Shown here: positions 39,964 through 48,899 of the stretch, piece after piece
Layout: each line of letters starts with the position of its first letter
How positions within the stretch are numbered: the first letter of the stretch is position 1
Origin: a bacterium
GTDB taxonomy: Bacteria > Zixibacteria > MSB-5A5 > GN15 > FEB-12
DNA length: 64,000 nucleotides
Direction of reading: 5' to 3'
NCBI GenBank assembly: GCA_043811375.1
Contig: JBDRNJ010000074.1
Span: forward strand, 32,001-96,000
Notes under the pieces: generated by a model
Database searches by the model: none
What the model saw: only the letters and a program-made list of their open reading frames with translations
Told to the model about the DNA's origin: nothing
Program-made: the position numbers and the translations under genes

Positions 39964-40953
39964 ATGGAACTGACGGCACGGATTGTACGTCAAACACTAC
40001 TCATCTCACTGACGATTCTGATGGCACCGCTGTTGCTCTTCCCCGATCGGCTGGGGACGGGACTGGCCGGAGTGGCGCTAATGAACGGCGTGTTTGAGTT
40101 GACCTTCTACGCTGTGGTATCGTACCTGCTTTTTCGGCATGCCACGCTGGGCAAGATTGTTCAGATTTCACTGCTCTGCCTGGGTTTCCGATTGCTGCTG
40201 GGTGTCTTTTTCGGCATGTTCGTCGCGGCCATGTATTCGATGAACCTGGCCATATCGATAAAACTGGGCCTGGCGGCATATCTTCCAGCGGTCCTGCTTC
40301 ACATAGCCGTCACTCCCCTGGTACTCAAACCGATCAGCAGGCAGTTGGTACCATCGGTAACCCGACGTCGGACGGCACCCGAGTCTCCGGCGCCGGCAGA
40401 AACGACGGACACTAACATGACTACGATGTCGGCAACCGGGAAAGGCGCACCTGTTCGGCTTGAGACGAACAACACACCTGCCGACGTTGTCCGAGCATCC
40501 GCAGAGACTCGGTCCGGTATTACCCCCGCAACCGAAAACACCGACGATGGTTTCGACCGTGCTGTCCGCTATATCGGTGAGGACGGTTCCGTCCGGCTGG
40601 CCGCCGTGGTCGACCAGGAGGGGTTGCTGCTGGGCTGTTTCGTCAGGGGTGACCTCCTGGCCGATGACTGGGCGCCACTGGCGCTAGTAATTAGCGAAGC
40701 CGGCCAAACCGCCCTCAAGCGAACCGGCCAGGATTCACTTGAGAGAATTGACATGCTGCTCAAGGAGGATCGGATTGTCGTTGCCCGTCAGCCATCATGG
40801 TCGCTGTTGGTAATTTCCCAGCGCCAGACTAATGACACCCTCAATATCAGAATCAATCAGGGACTCGAAATAATCAGGAAATACATGGCACAGCGGTACA
40901 GTCACGAACTGTCCGTAAGCCCGGAGAGAACCTATGTATCAAGTGCTCAGTGA
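39964..40953 (+). CDS. Membrane-anchored Roadblock/LC7 domain protein
   Basis: ~4 N-terminal TM helices, a P/T-rich linker, then SVRLAAVVDQEGLLLG...LNIRINQ roadblock-like domain. Confidence 0.72.
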   Translation: MELTARIVRQTLLISLTILMAPLLLFPDRLGTGLAGVALMNGVFELTFYAVVSYLLFRHATLGKIVQISLLCLGFRLLLGVFFGMFVAAMYSMNLAISIKLGLAAYLPAVLLHIAVTPLVLKPISRQLVPSVTRRRTAPESPAPAETTDTNMTTMSATGKGAPVRLETNNTPADVVRASAETRSGITPATENTDDGFDRAVRYIGEDGSVRLAAVVDQEGLLLGCFVRGDLLADDWAPLALVISEAGQTALKRTGQDSLERIDMLLKEDRIVVARQPSWSLLVISQRQTNDTLNIRINQGLEIIRKYMAQRYSHELSVSPERTYVSSAQ

Positions 40954-41275
40954 ACTGAACAAGACCACCGGCGTCACCGGCTGTATGGTGGTGGGCAATG
41001 ACGGCATGGTTATCGCCGCCGACCTTGCAACCGGCTTTGACGGTGATGCTGTCGGAGCGCTGGCAGCTTCCATTACGTCCAACATACAGAAATCACTGCA
41101 ACGGCTGGAAACGCACCCGGCCAGACAGGTCACCATCGAAGCCGACAACGCCAAACTGTTTTTCACTCACGCTGAAAAGGGAATGCTGGTGGTCACCACC
41201 GAAAAGAACGTCAACATCGGACTGGTGCGCCTGGAGATGAAAAACGCCCTCAACAAACTAAAAGAAATACAATAA
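40934..41275 (+). CDS. Stand-alone Roadblock/LC7 protein
   Basis: GVTGCMVVGNDGMVIA...VGALAA...VTIEADNAK...VNIGLVRLEM. Confidence 0.9.
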   Translation: MYQVLSELNKTTGVTGCMVVGNDGMVIAADLATGFDGDAVGALAASITSNIQKSLQRLETHPARQVTIEADNAKLFFTHAEKGMLVVTTEKNVNIGLVRLEMKNALNKLKEIQ

Positions 41276-41306
41276 ACTGTACCGGAAAGTAGTGGGATAG
41301 TCAGGC

Positions 41307-42383
41307 ATGGTATCAATCAACTACTCATCGCGGGAAGTTTGCTGCAAAATTGTCTATTACGGCCCGGGGTTGTCCGGCAAAACCACAAATTTGCAGTACG
41401 TGCACTCCAAGGTGCCGTCGAACACCCGGGGTAAACTGATCTCGCTGGCGACGGAGGCCGACCGAACCCTGTACTTTGACTTCCTGCCCATTAACATAGG
41501 CACCATCAACGGCTTTGCCGCCAAGTTCCAGTTGTACACGGTGCCGGGGCAGGTCTACTACAACGCCACTCGCAAGCTTGTATTGCGCGGGGTTGACGGT
41601 GTCGTTTTTGTGGCTGACAGCCAACCGGATAAGATGGATGAGAACATCGAGTCTCTAACCAATCTCGAAGAGAATCTGCGCGAGTATGGCTATAACATCA
41701 ACGACATGCCAATGGTTATACAGTACAACAAGCGAGATTTGCCGGGAGTAATGACGGTCGACCAACTCAATGCCATACTTAACCCACAGGGTCGGTCGTG
41801 TTATGAAGCCTCGGCCACGATCGGTAACGGTGTTTTCGACACGCTCAAACTGATTATCAAACTGGTGCTGGAAAAGGCCAAATCGACCGGCCCGCCGCGG
41901 TCATCTCCCCCTGATCAGCCAACAGAGGTGACGGCTCCATCCGTGTTGGTCACCACCGCCACTACGGGCCGGCACGAATCGATACCCCAGGCTGCTGGCG
42001 TCATGGCGGGACCGGAGTCGCCAACATCGGCTGCTTCTACCAGGACGGTCACAGTTGCTGCCCCGGTTGATACACCGATGTCAGCTACAGAAGAAGCCGC
42101 ACCGAAACCGACCTATACGTCCTTCCCGCAATCGGCGCGTCCCTTCCCCGGTAGCGAAGAATCGGCCGCGGCTCCCCGAAAAATCTCTCCAACCGGTTTT
42201 GCTCCGACACGGCAAGCACGACCGGAAGAAGCATCAATAGAGAAAAAAGCAATCGAACACGGTAGTGATGATCCGGACACGCCCTCGGAATCGACGAGAA
42301 CTCCCTTAATGGCGCCCGCTCTGCGACGACGAAGTTATAAGAAGAAACGAGGTTTCTTCAAGCGTTTGTTCGGACTCAAATAG
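41307..42383 (+). CDS. mglA: MglA-family small GTPase with a long C-terminal extension
   Basis: KIVYYGPGLSGKTTN, DRTLYFDF, LYTVPGQV and QYNKRD; ~165-aa tail ending KKKRGFFKRLFGLK. Confidence 0.95.
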   Translation: MVSINYSSREVCCKIVYYGPGLSGKTTNLQYVHSKVPSNTRGKLISLATEADRTLYFDFLPINIGTINGFAAKFQLYTVPGQVYYNATRKLVLRGVDGVVFVADSQPDKMDENIESLTNLEENLREYGYNINDMPMVIQYNKRDLPGVMTVDQLNAILNPQGRSCYEASATIGNGVFDTLKLIIKLVLEKAKSTGPPRSSPPDQPTEVTAPSVLVTTATTGRHESIPQAAGVMAGPESPTSAASTRTVTVAAPVDTPMSATEEAAPKPTYTSFPQSARPFPGSEESAAAPRKISPTGFAPTRQARPEEASIEKKAIEHGSDDPDTPSESTRTPLMAPALRRRSYKKKRGFFKRLFGLK

Positions 42384-42400
42384 ACATCAAGGAGGCATAA

Positions 42401-42892
42401 ATGGCTGACGACAGCTTGATAATCTACGAAGAAGAGATTACCCAGATCGAAGCACTCATTTCCAAAATGCTGCAGAGTGCTGAGGCCAAGTGTGCTCTGC
42501 TGGTTGACAAGGACGGCCACCTGATCACACGACAGGGATTCACACATTCACTGGATACCACCGCTCTGGCGGCATTGCTGGCCGGCTCTTTTGCCTCCAC
42601 CAGGGAAATCGCCCGATTGGTAGGTGAATCGGAATTCTCGGTCCTGTTCCATCAGGGCAAGAAAGACCACATCCACATGAGCCTTGTTGGTGAACGCTCA
42701 ATCCTGGTAGTTATTTTCGATGACCGCACTACCATCGGCATGGTGCGACTGTGCGCCAAGGAAACGGCTGCCGAATTAACCGAGGTTTTTATTCGCATTG
42801 AGAATGGTCCCCGAGATAAATCCGACTACGCCGTTTCCAGCGACTTCGCCAGCAGAGCGCAGGACAAATTGGACGACATTTTCCAGGATTGA
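42401..42892 (+). CDS. mglB: MglB-like Roadblock protein (putative GAP)
   Basis: IIYEEEI, LVDKDGHLI, LDTTALAALLAGSFA, EFSVLFHQGKKDHIH and FDDRTTIGMVRL. Confidence 0.92.
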   Translation: MADDSLIIYEEEITQIEALISKMLQSAEAKCALLVDKDGHLITRQGFTHSLDTTALAALLAGSFASTREIARLVGESEFSVLFHQGKKDHIHMSLVGERSILVVIFDDRTTIGMVRLCAKETAAELTEVFIRIENGPRDKSDYAVSSDFASRAQDKLDDIFQD

Positions 42893-42964
42893 CCTCCCCA
42901 CCGGGAAAGAGAGGCAGGGGTATTGTAAAACCTGCCAACAACGCCGCACAACGGGAAACAGAGA

Positions 42965-44659
42965 ATGTCATCAGAACTCGGGGCAATACTGGTCGATGCC
43001 GGTAAGATCACTCAGGAACAAGCCGAAAATGCTGCGGCATACAGCAAAGACCACAAAGAGAAATTCGAGGCTGCGCTGGTCAAGACAGGAGCCGTAGCCT
43101 CCGAAGACGATATCGCCAAACTGATCGGCCAGCACCTCAAGATCGGCACTCTCCGTCTCAGCGATATCGAACTCAACCCCGAGATCGTCCAACTCATTCC
43201 ATCCGATATCGCCCGCAAGTTCAAAGTCATCGCAGTCTCCAAAATCAACAGGACCCTGTTGGTGGCTATCGGCGACCCCAACAACATCTACGTTCTGGAC
43301 GCCATCAAGTTTATCACCGGACTTGTCGTCCAACCTGTTATCTCTCCGGAAAACGCCATCGAAAAAGCAATCGACGTCTACTACACCGACAGCGGCAACC
43401 TCTCCGAAATCGTCAAGGGCATGGAAGAAGATTCCTACCTGGAAGTGGTAGAAGCCGAAAAGGGGCCTACCGAGTCCGACCTGCTTTCAGCCATCCAGGA
43501 TAAACCGCTGGTCAAGCTGGTCGATTCGATCATCGGCGATGCCATCCGCATGGGCTCTTCCGATATCCATATGGAGATGTACGAAAAACGTATCCGCGTT
43601 CGCTATCGCATCGACGGCGATTTGCGTGAGATGGAACCGCTGCCGTTTAAGTATCGTTCCGCTATCGTCTCACGTGTCAAAATTATGGCCGACCTGGACA
43701 TCTCCGAACGGCGACTGCCGCAGGATGGCCGCATTAAGATCAAGATCAGCGGACGTACGGTTGACCTGCGAGTCTCCGTCCTGCCGACCATCTTCGGCGA
43801 AAAGGTCGTCATGCGTATTCTGGATCCGATGGCGCTGATGGTCGATATGACCAAGCTTGGGTTCCGGAAGGAGGATTTGTCCAAATTCGATGATGCCATC
43901 CATCTTCCTTTCGGCATCATTCTGGTTACCGGTCCGACCGGTTCCGGAAAAACAACCACGCTGTACTCGGCACTCAAACAACTCAACCAAATCGACGTGA
44001 ACATTATGACGGCCGAGGACCCGGTGGAGTTCAATTTCGACGGTATCAACCAGGTAGCCGTCCGATCCGGCATCGGGTTGAGTTTTGCCGCTTCGTTACG
44101 GTCATTTCTGCGACAGGACCCGGATATTATCATGGTCGGAGAAATCCGTGACACCGAAACTGCCGAGATCGCCATCCGGGCAGCTCTGACCGGTCACCTT
44201 GTTTTCTCGACCCTGCACACCAACGATGCCCCCTCATCCATCAACCGACTGATTGACATGGGCATCCCCTACTACCTGGTCGCCTCGTCCACCAAATTGA
44301 TCATGGCCCAGCGAATGACGCGCAAGATATGCCAGACGTGTAAGGAAGAAATCAACCTGACCCAGCAACAGATGGAAAGCCTGGCTCCGACAAAAGAACT
44401 GGCACGCAATATCCGGGCTTTCCGTGGCGTCGGCTGCCGCGAATGCAATGAAACCGGAAAAGCCGGGCGAACTGGCATTTACGAAGTCATGCCGATTAGC
44501 CCCAGCATCGAACAACTGATCCTTGACAAAGCCTCCGACACCGAAATCAAGAAAATCGCAATGGAGGAGGGAATGTTCAGCCTGCGTATGTGCGCCATCG
44601 AGAAAATGAAGCAGGGATTGATCGACATCGACGAAGTCTTCGCCGTATCTGCTGTCTAA
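42965..44659 (+). CDS. pilB: Type IV pilus extension ATPase PilB
   Basis: SDIH, ERRLPQDGR, GPTGSGKTT, LRQDPDIIMVGEIRD, TGHLVFSTLH and a CxxC...CxxC zinc site. Confidence 0.95.
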   Translation: MSSELGAILVDAGKITQEQAENAAAYSKDHKEKFEAALVKTGAVASEDDIAKLIGQHLKIGTLRLSDIELNPEIVQLIPSDIARKFKVIAVSKINRTLLVAIGDPNNIYVLDAIKFITGLVVQPVISPENAIEKAIDVYYTDSGNLSEIVKGMEEDSYLEVVEAEKGPTESDLLSAIQDKPLVKLVDSIIGDAIRMGSSDIHMEMYEKRIRVRYRIDGDLREMEPLPFKYRSAIVSRVKIMADLDISERRLPQDGRIKIKISGRTVDLRVSVLPTIFGEKVVMRILDPMALMVDMTKLGFRKEDLSKFDDAIHLPFGIILVTGPTGSGKTTTLYSALKQLNQIDVNIMTAEDPVEFNFDGINQVAVRSGIGLSFAASLRSFLRQDPDIIMVGEIRDTETAEIAIRAALTGHLVFSTLHTNDAPSSINRLIDMGIPYYLVASSTKLIMAQRMTRKICQTCKEEINLTQQQMESLAPTKELARNIRAFRGVGCRECNETGKAGRTGIYEVMPISPSIEQLILDKASDTEIKKIAMEEGMFSLRMCAIEKMKQGLIDIDEVFAVSAV

Positions 44660-44728
44660 GCCCTTACATCCTCACAGCCACCCTATTGTCCGACAACGGC
44701 TTACTTTTGCCCAACCAGCCGCTTCCAG

Positions 44729-44756
44729 TCAAGATTTTGGTCCAATCAGCCGATAC
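44729..44756 (+). promoter_or_regulatory. Sigma28-like promoter upstream of pilT
   Basis: TCAA-N16-GCCGATAC. Confidence 0.55.
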
Positions 44757-44813
44757 TACAACAAGATACATATAATAAGTACGGTCGAAAGCCACCACCA
44801 GCGGGAGCAACAT

Positions 44814-45890
44814 ATGGTAACTTTGAGAGAACTTCTGGAACACATGGTTAAAATGGGAGCCTCCGATTTGCATCTGACAGTTGGTGCGCCACCGGTCGTC
44901 AGAGTGGATGGTAAGCTGCAGCGTCTCAAATACGATTTGCTGACCGCTGAATTAATCAAGAAGCTCTCCTATTCGATGCTCAACGAAAAACAGAAGCTGA
45001 AATTCGAACAAAACTCGGAACTGGATTTCTCCTTTGGTATCGAACAGATGAGTCGCTTTCGATGTAATATGTTCGTTCAGCGCGGTAACGTCGCTGTAGC
45101 TCTGCGCCAGATTCCGTACAAGATCAGATCGTTCGATGAGCTTGGCATGCCCAAGGTCGTCGCCGATTTTTCCCGTCTGCCGCGTGGGCTGGTGCTGGTT
45201 ACAGGTCCCACCGGATCAGGCAAGTCCACCACCCTAGCCTCGATAATCGACAAGATCAACAAAGAACGGCCCGTGCATATCATCACCGTCGAAGATCCTA
45301 TCGAGTATTTACACCGCCATCAAACCGCCCTTATCAACCAGCGTGAAGTATACTCGGATACCAGTTCCTTTGCCAGCGCTCTGAAGTACGCCCTGCGTGA
45401 GGACCCTGACGTAGTGCTCGTCGGCGAGATGCGCGACCTGGAAACGATGGAAGCGGCTCTCTCGATTGCTGAAACCGGCCATCTGGCCTTTGCCACCCTG
45501 CACACCAACTCGGCTGCCGAATCGATCAATCGTGTCGTCGATTCCTTCCCGACCAACCAGCAGGAACAGATTCGGATTTCGCTCTCGTTTTCACTGCAAG
45601 CCATCATTTCACAGACACTGATACCCAGGATTGGCGGCGGTCGGTTAGTGGCCATGGAAATTCTGATCTGTACCCCCGCCATACGCGCCCTCATCCGTGA
45701 TGACAAGGTTCAGCAGATGTACTCGATGATACAGTCGGGACAAAAATACGGTATGAAAACCATGAATCAGTCGTTGGCCGAAATGCAGATTTCAGGCAAG
45801 ATTTCTCTAAATGACGCCATGGCCTACAGCCACAATCCGCAGGAGTTGGGAGAAATGTTGTCGCGTCAGAAAACACCGGCCTTTTCATAA
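44814..45890 (+). CDS. pilT: Type IV pilus retraction ATPase PilT
   Basis: ASDLHL, GPTGSGKSTT, LREDPDVVLVGEMRD, AIRALIR and GMKTM. Confidence 0.97.
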   Translation: MVTLRELLEHMVKMGASDLHLTVGAPPVVRVDGKLQRLKYDLLTAELIKKLSYSMLNEKQKLKFEQNSELDFSFGIEQMSRFRCNMFVQRGNVAVALRQIPYKIRSFDELGMPKVVADFSRLPRGLVLVTGPTGSGKSTTLASIIDKINKERPVHIITVEDPIEYLHRHQTALINQREVYSDTSSFASALKYALREDPDVVLVGEMRDLETMEAALSIAETGHLAFATLHTNSAAESINRVVDSFPTNQQEQIRISLSFSLQAIISQTLIPRIGGGRLVAMEILICTPAIRALIRDDKVQQMYSMIQSGQKYGMKTMNQSLAEMQISGKISLNDAMAYSHNPQELGEMLSRQKTPAFS

Positions 45891-45917
45891 CCTGAAGGAT
45901 GAGGAAGGATCAAACTG

Positions 45918-47114
45918 ATGCCAGTTTTTGAATACAAAGGCAAAACCCTCGCGGGAGCTGTCGTACAGGGCCAACTGAAAGCCAAAGGACGAGAAGACAT
46001 CGAGCGCGTCCTCAGACAGAACCGCATCATTGCCAAGTCGATCACCAAAAAGGCTCCCGATCTGCAAATCAAGATCGGAACTGGAGTCAAAAAGATCGAA
46101 GTCTCGCGTTTCACCCGGCAGTTTGCCACCATGATCGGTGCCGGACTACCCATGGTGCAATGCCTGGAGATTCTGGCCACACAGCAAGAGAACAAGGCAC
46201 TAGCCAAAATCATATCCCAGGTAAAAGAAGCGGTGCAGGGAGGTTCCACTCTCTCGGAAGGCCTGGCGCGTCACCCCAAGATCTTCGATAAACTGTATAC
46301 CAACATGGTGGAAGCCGGCGAAATCGGCGGTGCCCTGGACGCCATCCTGGTCCGTCTGGCAGTTTACCGCGAGAAGGCTGACAAACTTGTCCGCAAGGTC
46401 AAGGGCGCTATGGTTTATCCCTCAGTCATCATTTTCGTCGCCGCCGCCGTTACCATTGGTATGTTGGCCTTTATTGTACCGGTCTTCGCCAAGATGTTCG
46501 GCGGACTCGGAGCAGAATTGCCCAAGCCGACTCAGGTGGTGCTGCAAATCTCTAATTTCCTGCAATCGAATTTCCTGTATCTGTTCTTCGGAGCTCTCGG
46601 CCTGACAGGTGCCTTCCTGTGGTGGAAGAAAACACCTACCGGTGCCCTGATGACCGACCGCACCCTGCTGGTGATGCCGGTCCTGGGCAACCTGGTACGT
46701 AAGTCCTCGGTGGCCCGCTTCACCCGCACCCTGGGAACCCTGCTGTCATCCGGTGTTTCCATTCTCGATGCCCTGGATATCACCGCCAAAACTGCCGGCA
46801 ACCTGGTCATCGCCAACGCTATCAACAAATCGGTGCTGGCTATCGCCGAGGGTGACACGATTACCGGACCCCTGAGAGATTCCGGTGTTTTCCCGCCAAT
46901 GGTCACACAGATGATTGCAGTCGGTGAAAAAACCGGTGGCCTGGACGAGATGCTGTCCAAAATCGCCGACTTCTATGATGAAGAAGTAGACGACGCCGTA
47001 TCGGCCCTGACCTCAGTCATCGAACCGATCATTATCGTGTTTATGGGTGTCATAATCGGCGGTATCCTGGTAGCCATGTACCTGCCGATGTTTGACATCA
47101 TCGGTAAAATTTAG
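45918..47114 (+). CDS. pilC: Type IV pilus platform protein PilC (GspF family)
   Basis: FTRQFATMIGAGLP, AGEIGGALD, MVYP, VGEKTGGLD and AMYLPMF. Confidence 0.96.
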   Translation: MPVFEYKGKTLAGAVVQGQLKAKGREDIERVLRQNRIIAKSITKKAPDLQIKIGTGVKKIEVSRFTRQFATMIGAGLPMVQCLEILATQQENKALAKIISQVKEAVQGGSTLSEGLARHPKIFDKLYTNMVEAGEIGGALDAILVRLAVYREKADKLVRKVKGAMVYPSVIIFVAAAVTIGMLAFIVPVFAKMFGGLGAELPKPTQVVLQISNFLQSNFLYLFFGALGLTGAFLWWKKTPTGALMTDRTLLVMPVLGNLVRKSSVARFTRTLGTLLSSGVSILDALDITAKTAGNLVIANAINKSVLAIAEGDTITGPLRDSGVFPPMVTQMIAVGEKTGGLDEMLSKIADFYDEEVDDAVSALTSVIEPIIIVFMGVIIGGILVAMYLPMFDIIGKI

Positions 47115-47161
47115 GACAGGTGCGGACCACCTTCACAACGAACGAACAAAATAAACATCGA

Positions 47162-47195
47162 CCGGCGGCGCCCCCGGGGGCGTCGTTGGCGTTTT
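47162..47195 (+). terminator. Probable terminator between pilC and pilS
   Basis: GC-rich hairpin CCGGCGGCGCCC...GGGCGTCGTTGG followed by CGTTTT. Confidence 0.5.
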
Positions 47196-47204
47196 AGGGC
47201 CAAA

Positions 47205-48884
47205 ATGGAACGCCTCAAGCAACTGGGCTGGTTTATCCCGCTGCGGCTGGTTTCTTACATTCTCCTGCTGCTGGTAGTAGTGTTCTGGATGCAGTTCCCG
47301 GAATTCCTGAGACTGTGGTTTGTCGCCTATTCCGGTTTCACCCTGGCGCTGACCCTGTCGTTCGCCTGGAATCGTCACCGCAAGATGGACCACGTTACCG
47401 ACACCATCACCGCCCTGCAATTCCTCTTTGAGATCATCCTCGAATCGGGCGTGCTCTACATCACCGGCAACGTCAACTCACCCTTTTCAGCCCTGTTCAT
47501 ACTGACCATTGTCTCAGCGGCCCTGACATATCGTCTGGTCGGAACCCTGGTGGTAGCGTCGCTGGTGTCACTGGCTTACACTTTCATTATCTGGCTCGGC
47601 TTCGGCGGCAGTACCGACACCGGTCTCTCCCTGCAGGCGTTGAGAACCATATTCGTCAGTCACGACAGCACCTTCTATGCCATTTTCCTGCACCTGCTGA
47701 TCTTTTACCTGATTGCCTTCGTCTCCGGCTACCTGGCCGAGCGACTCAAACAGCAGCATCGACAACTGGCCAACACCTCGCAAGCTCTTAAAAGAGCCCT
47801 TCTGGAAACCGACGATATCCTGCTTCGCCTCAGTTCCGGTTTGCTGACCATCGACGCTGAAGGTCGTGTGATTTTTTTCAACCCGGCTGCGGGTCTGATC
47901 CTCGGCTACCGGGAAGAGCAGGTCAGGGGAATGTATTGCGAAGAGGTGTTTGCCGAACGCATGCCCAGTCTGGCATGTCACCTTATGGACGGCATCCGTC
48001 ACGGTATCGCTCACCCCCGAGAGGAAATCGACATCCTGAACAACGACCTGGCGATAGTCCCCCTCGGTCTCTCCACTTCCATCCTGACTGAAGAAAACCA
48101 TGAACTGCGGGGTGTTATTGCCATTTTCTCCGACCTGACCGAGGCCAAACAGATGGAGGCCAAGATCCGCGCCGCTGACAGGCTGTCCGCCGTCGGCGAA
48201 CTCTCGGCGTCAATCGCTCACGAAATCCGCAATCCGCTGGCATCAATCTCCGGTTCCGTCGAGGTACTCAGGAACGAACTGGAAGTTTCAGCGGATAATG
48301 CCCGCCTGATGGATCTGATCGTCAAGGAGTCACACCGCCTCAGCCGCATCCTCAGCGAGTTTCTTCAGTACGCCCGGATCGACCGGCCCACCTACAGCAA
48401 GGTCGAACTATGCCACATCATTAATGAGGTAATCCGGATCCTCCACCACCATGAATCGTTCACTCCCGATATTCGAGTAAACTTCGAAACCGAGGAATCT
48501 ATCATTTACGTCGTGGGCGATGAAGACCTGATCAAACAACTACTGCTGAATTTGGCGGTTAACGCCTGCGAAGCCATTGCCGACCGGTCCGGCGAACTAA
48601 CCTTCCGCCTGGCAGTCAACGCCACCCCCGACACAGTGGAGTTGTACGTTCGGGACAATGGCGCCGGAATGACCGAGAACGTTCTCAAAAAGGTCTACCA
48701 TCCCTTTTATTCCACCAAGAAAGAGGGGACCGGCCTGGGGTTGTCAGTGGTGCACCGCATCGGCTCAGCCCTCAAGCTCAACATCAATGTTGACTCTCAA
48801 CCGGGTGAAGGCACCACCTTCCTGGTCGAGTTTCAACAGTACCGTCAGACGACATCGGAAGGCATCGCCGCCCTCACGGGATAA
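47205..48884 (+). CDS. pilS: PilS-like PAS sensor histidine kinase
   Basis: Multi-TM N-terminus, PAS domain, H-box IAHEIRNPL, N-box, DNGAG and GTGLGL; follows pilC. Confidence 0.85.
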   Translation: MERLKQLGWFIPLRLVSYILLLLVVVFWMQFPEFLRLWFVAYSGFTLALTLSFAWNRHRKMDHVTDTITALQFLFEIILESGVLYITGNVNSPFSALFILTIVSAALTYRLVGTLVVASLVSLAYTFIIWLGFGGSTDTGLSLQALRTIFVSHDSTFYAIFLHLLIFYLIAFVSGYLAERLKQQHRQLANTSQALKRALLETDDILLRLSSGLLTIDAEGRVIFFNPAAGLILGYREEQVRGMYCEEVFAERMPSLACHLMDGIRHGIAHPREEIDILNNDLAIVPLGLSTSILTEENHELRGVIAIFSDLTEAKQMEAKIRAADRLSAVGELSASIAHEIRNPLASISGSVEVLRNELEVSADNARLMDLIVKESHRLSRILSEFLQYARIDRPTYSKVELCHIINEVIRILHHHESFTPDIRVNFETEESIIYVVGDEDLIKQLLLNLAVNACEAIADRSGELTFRLAVNATPDTVELYVRDNGAGMTENVLKKVYHPFYSTKKEGTGLGLSVVHRIGSALKLNINVDSQPGEGTTFLVEFQQYRQTTSEGIAALTG

Positions 48885-48899
48885 ACCCCACCTGTGGGT

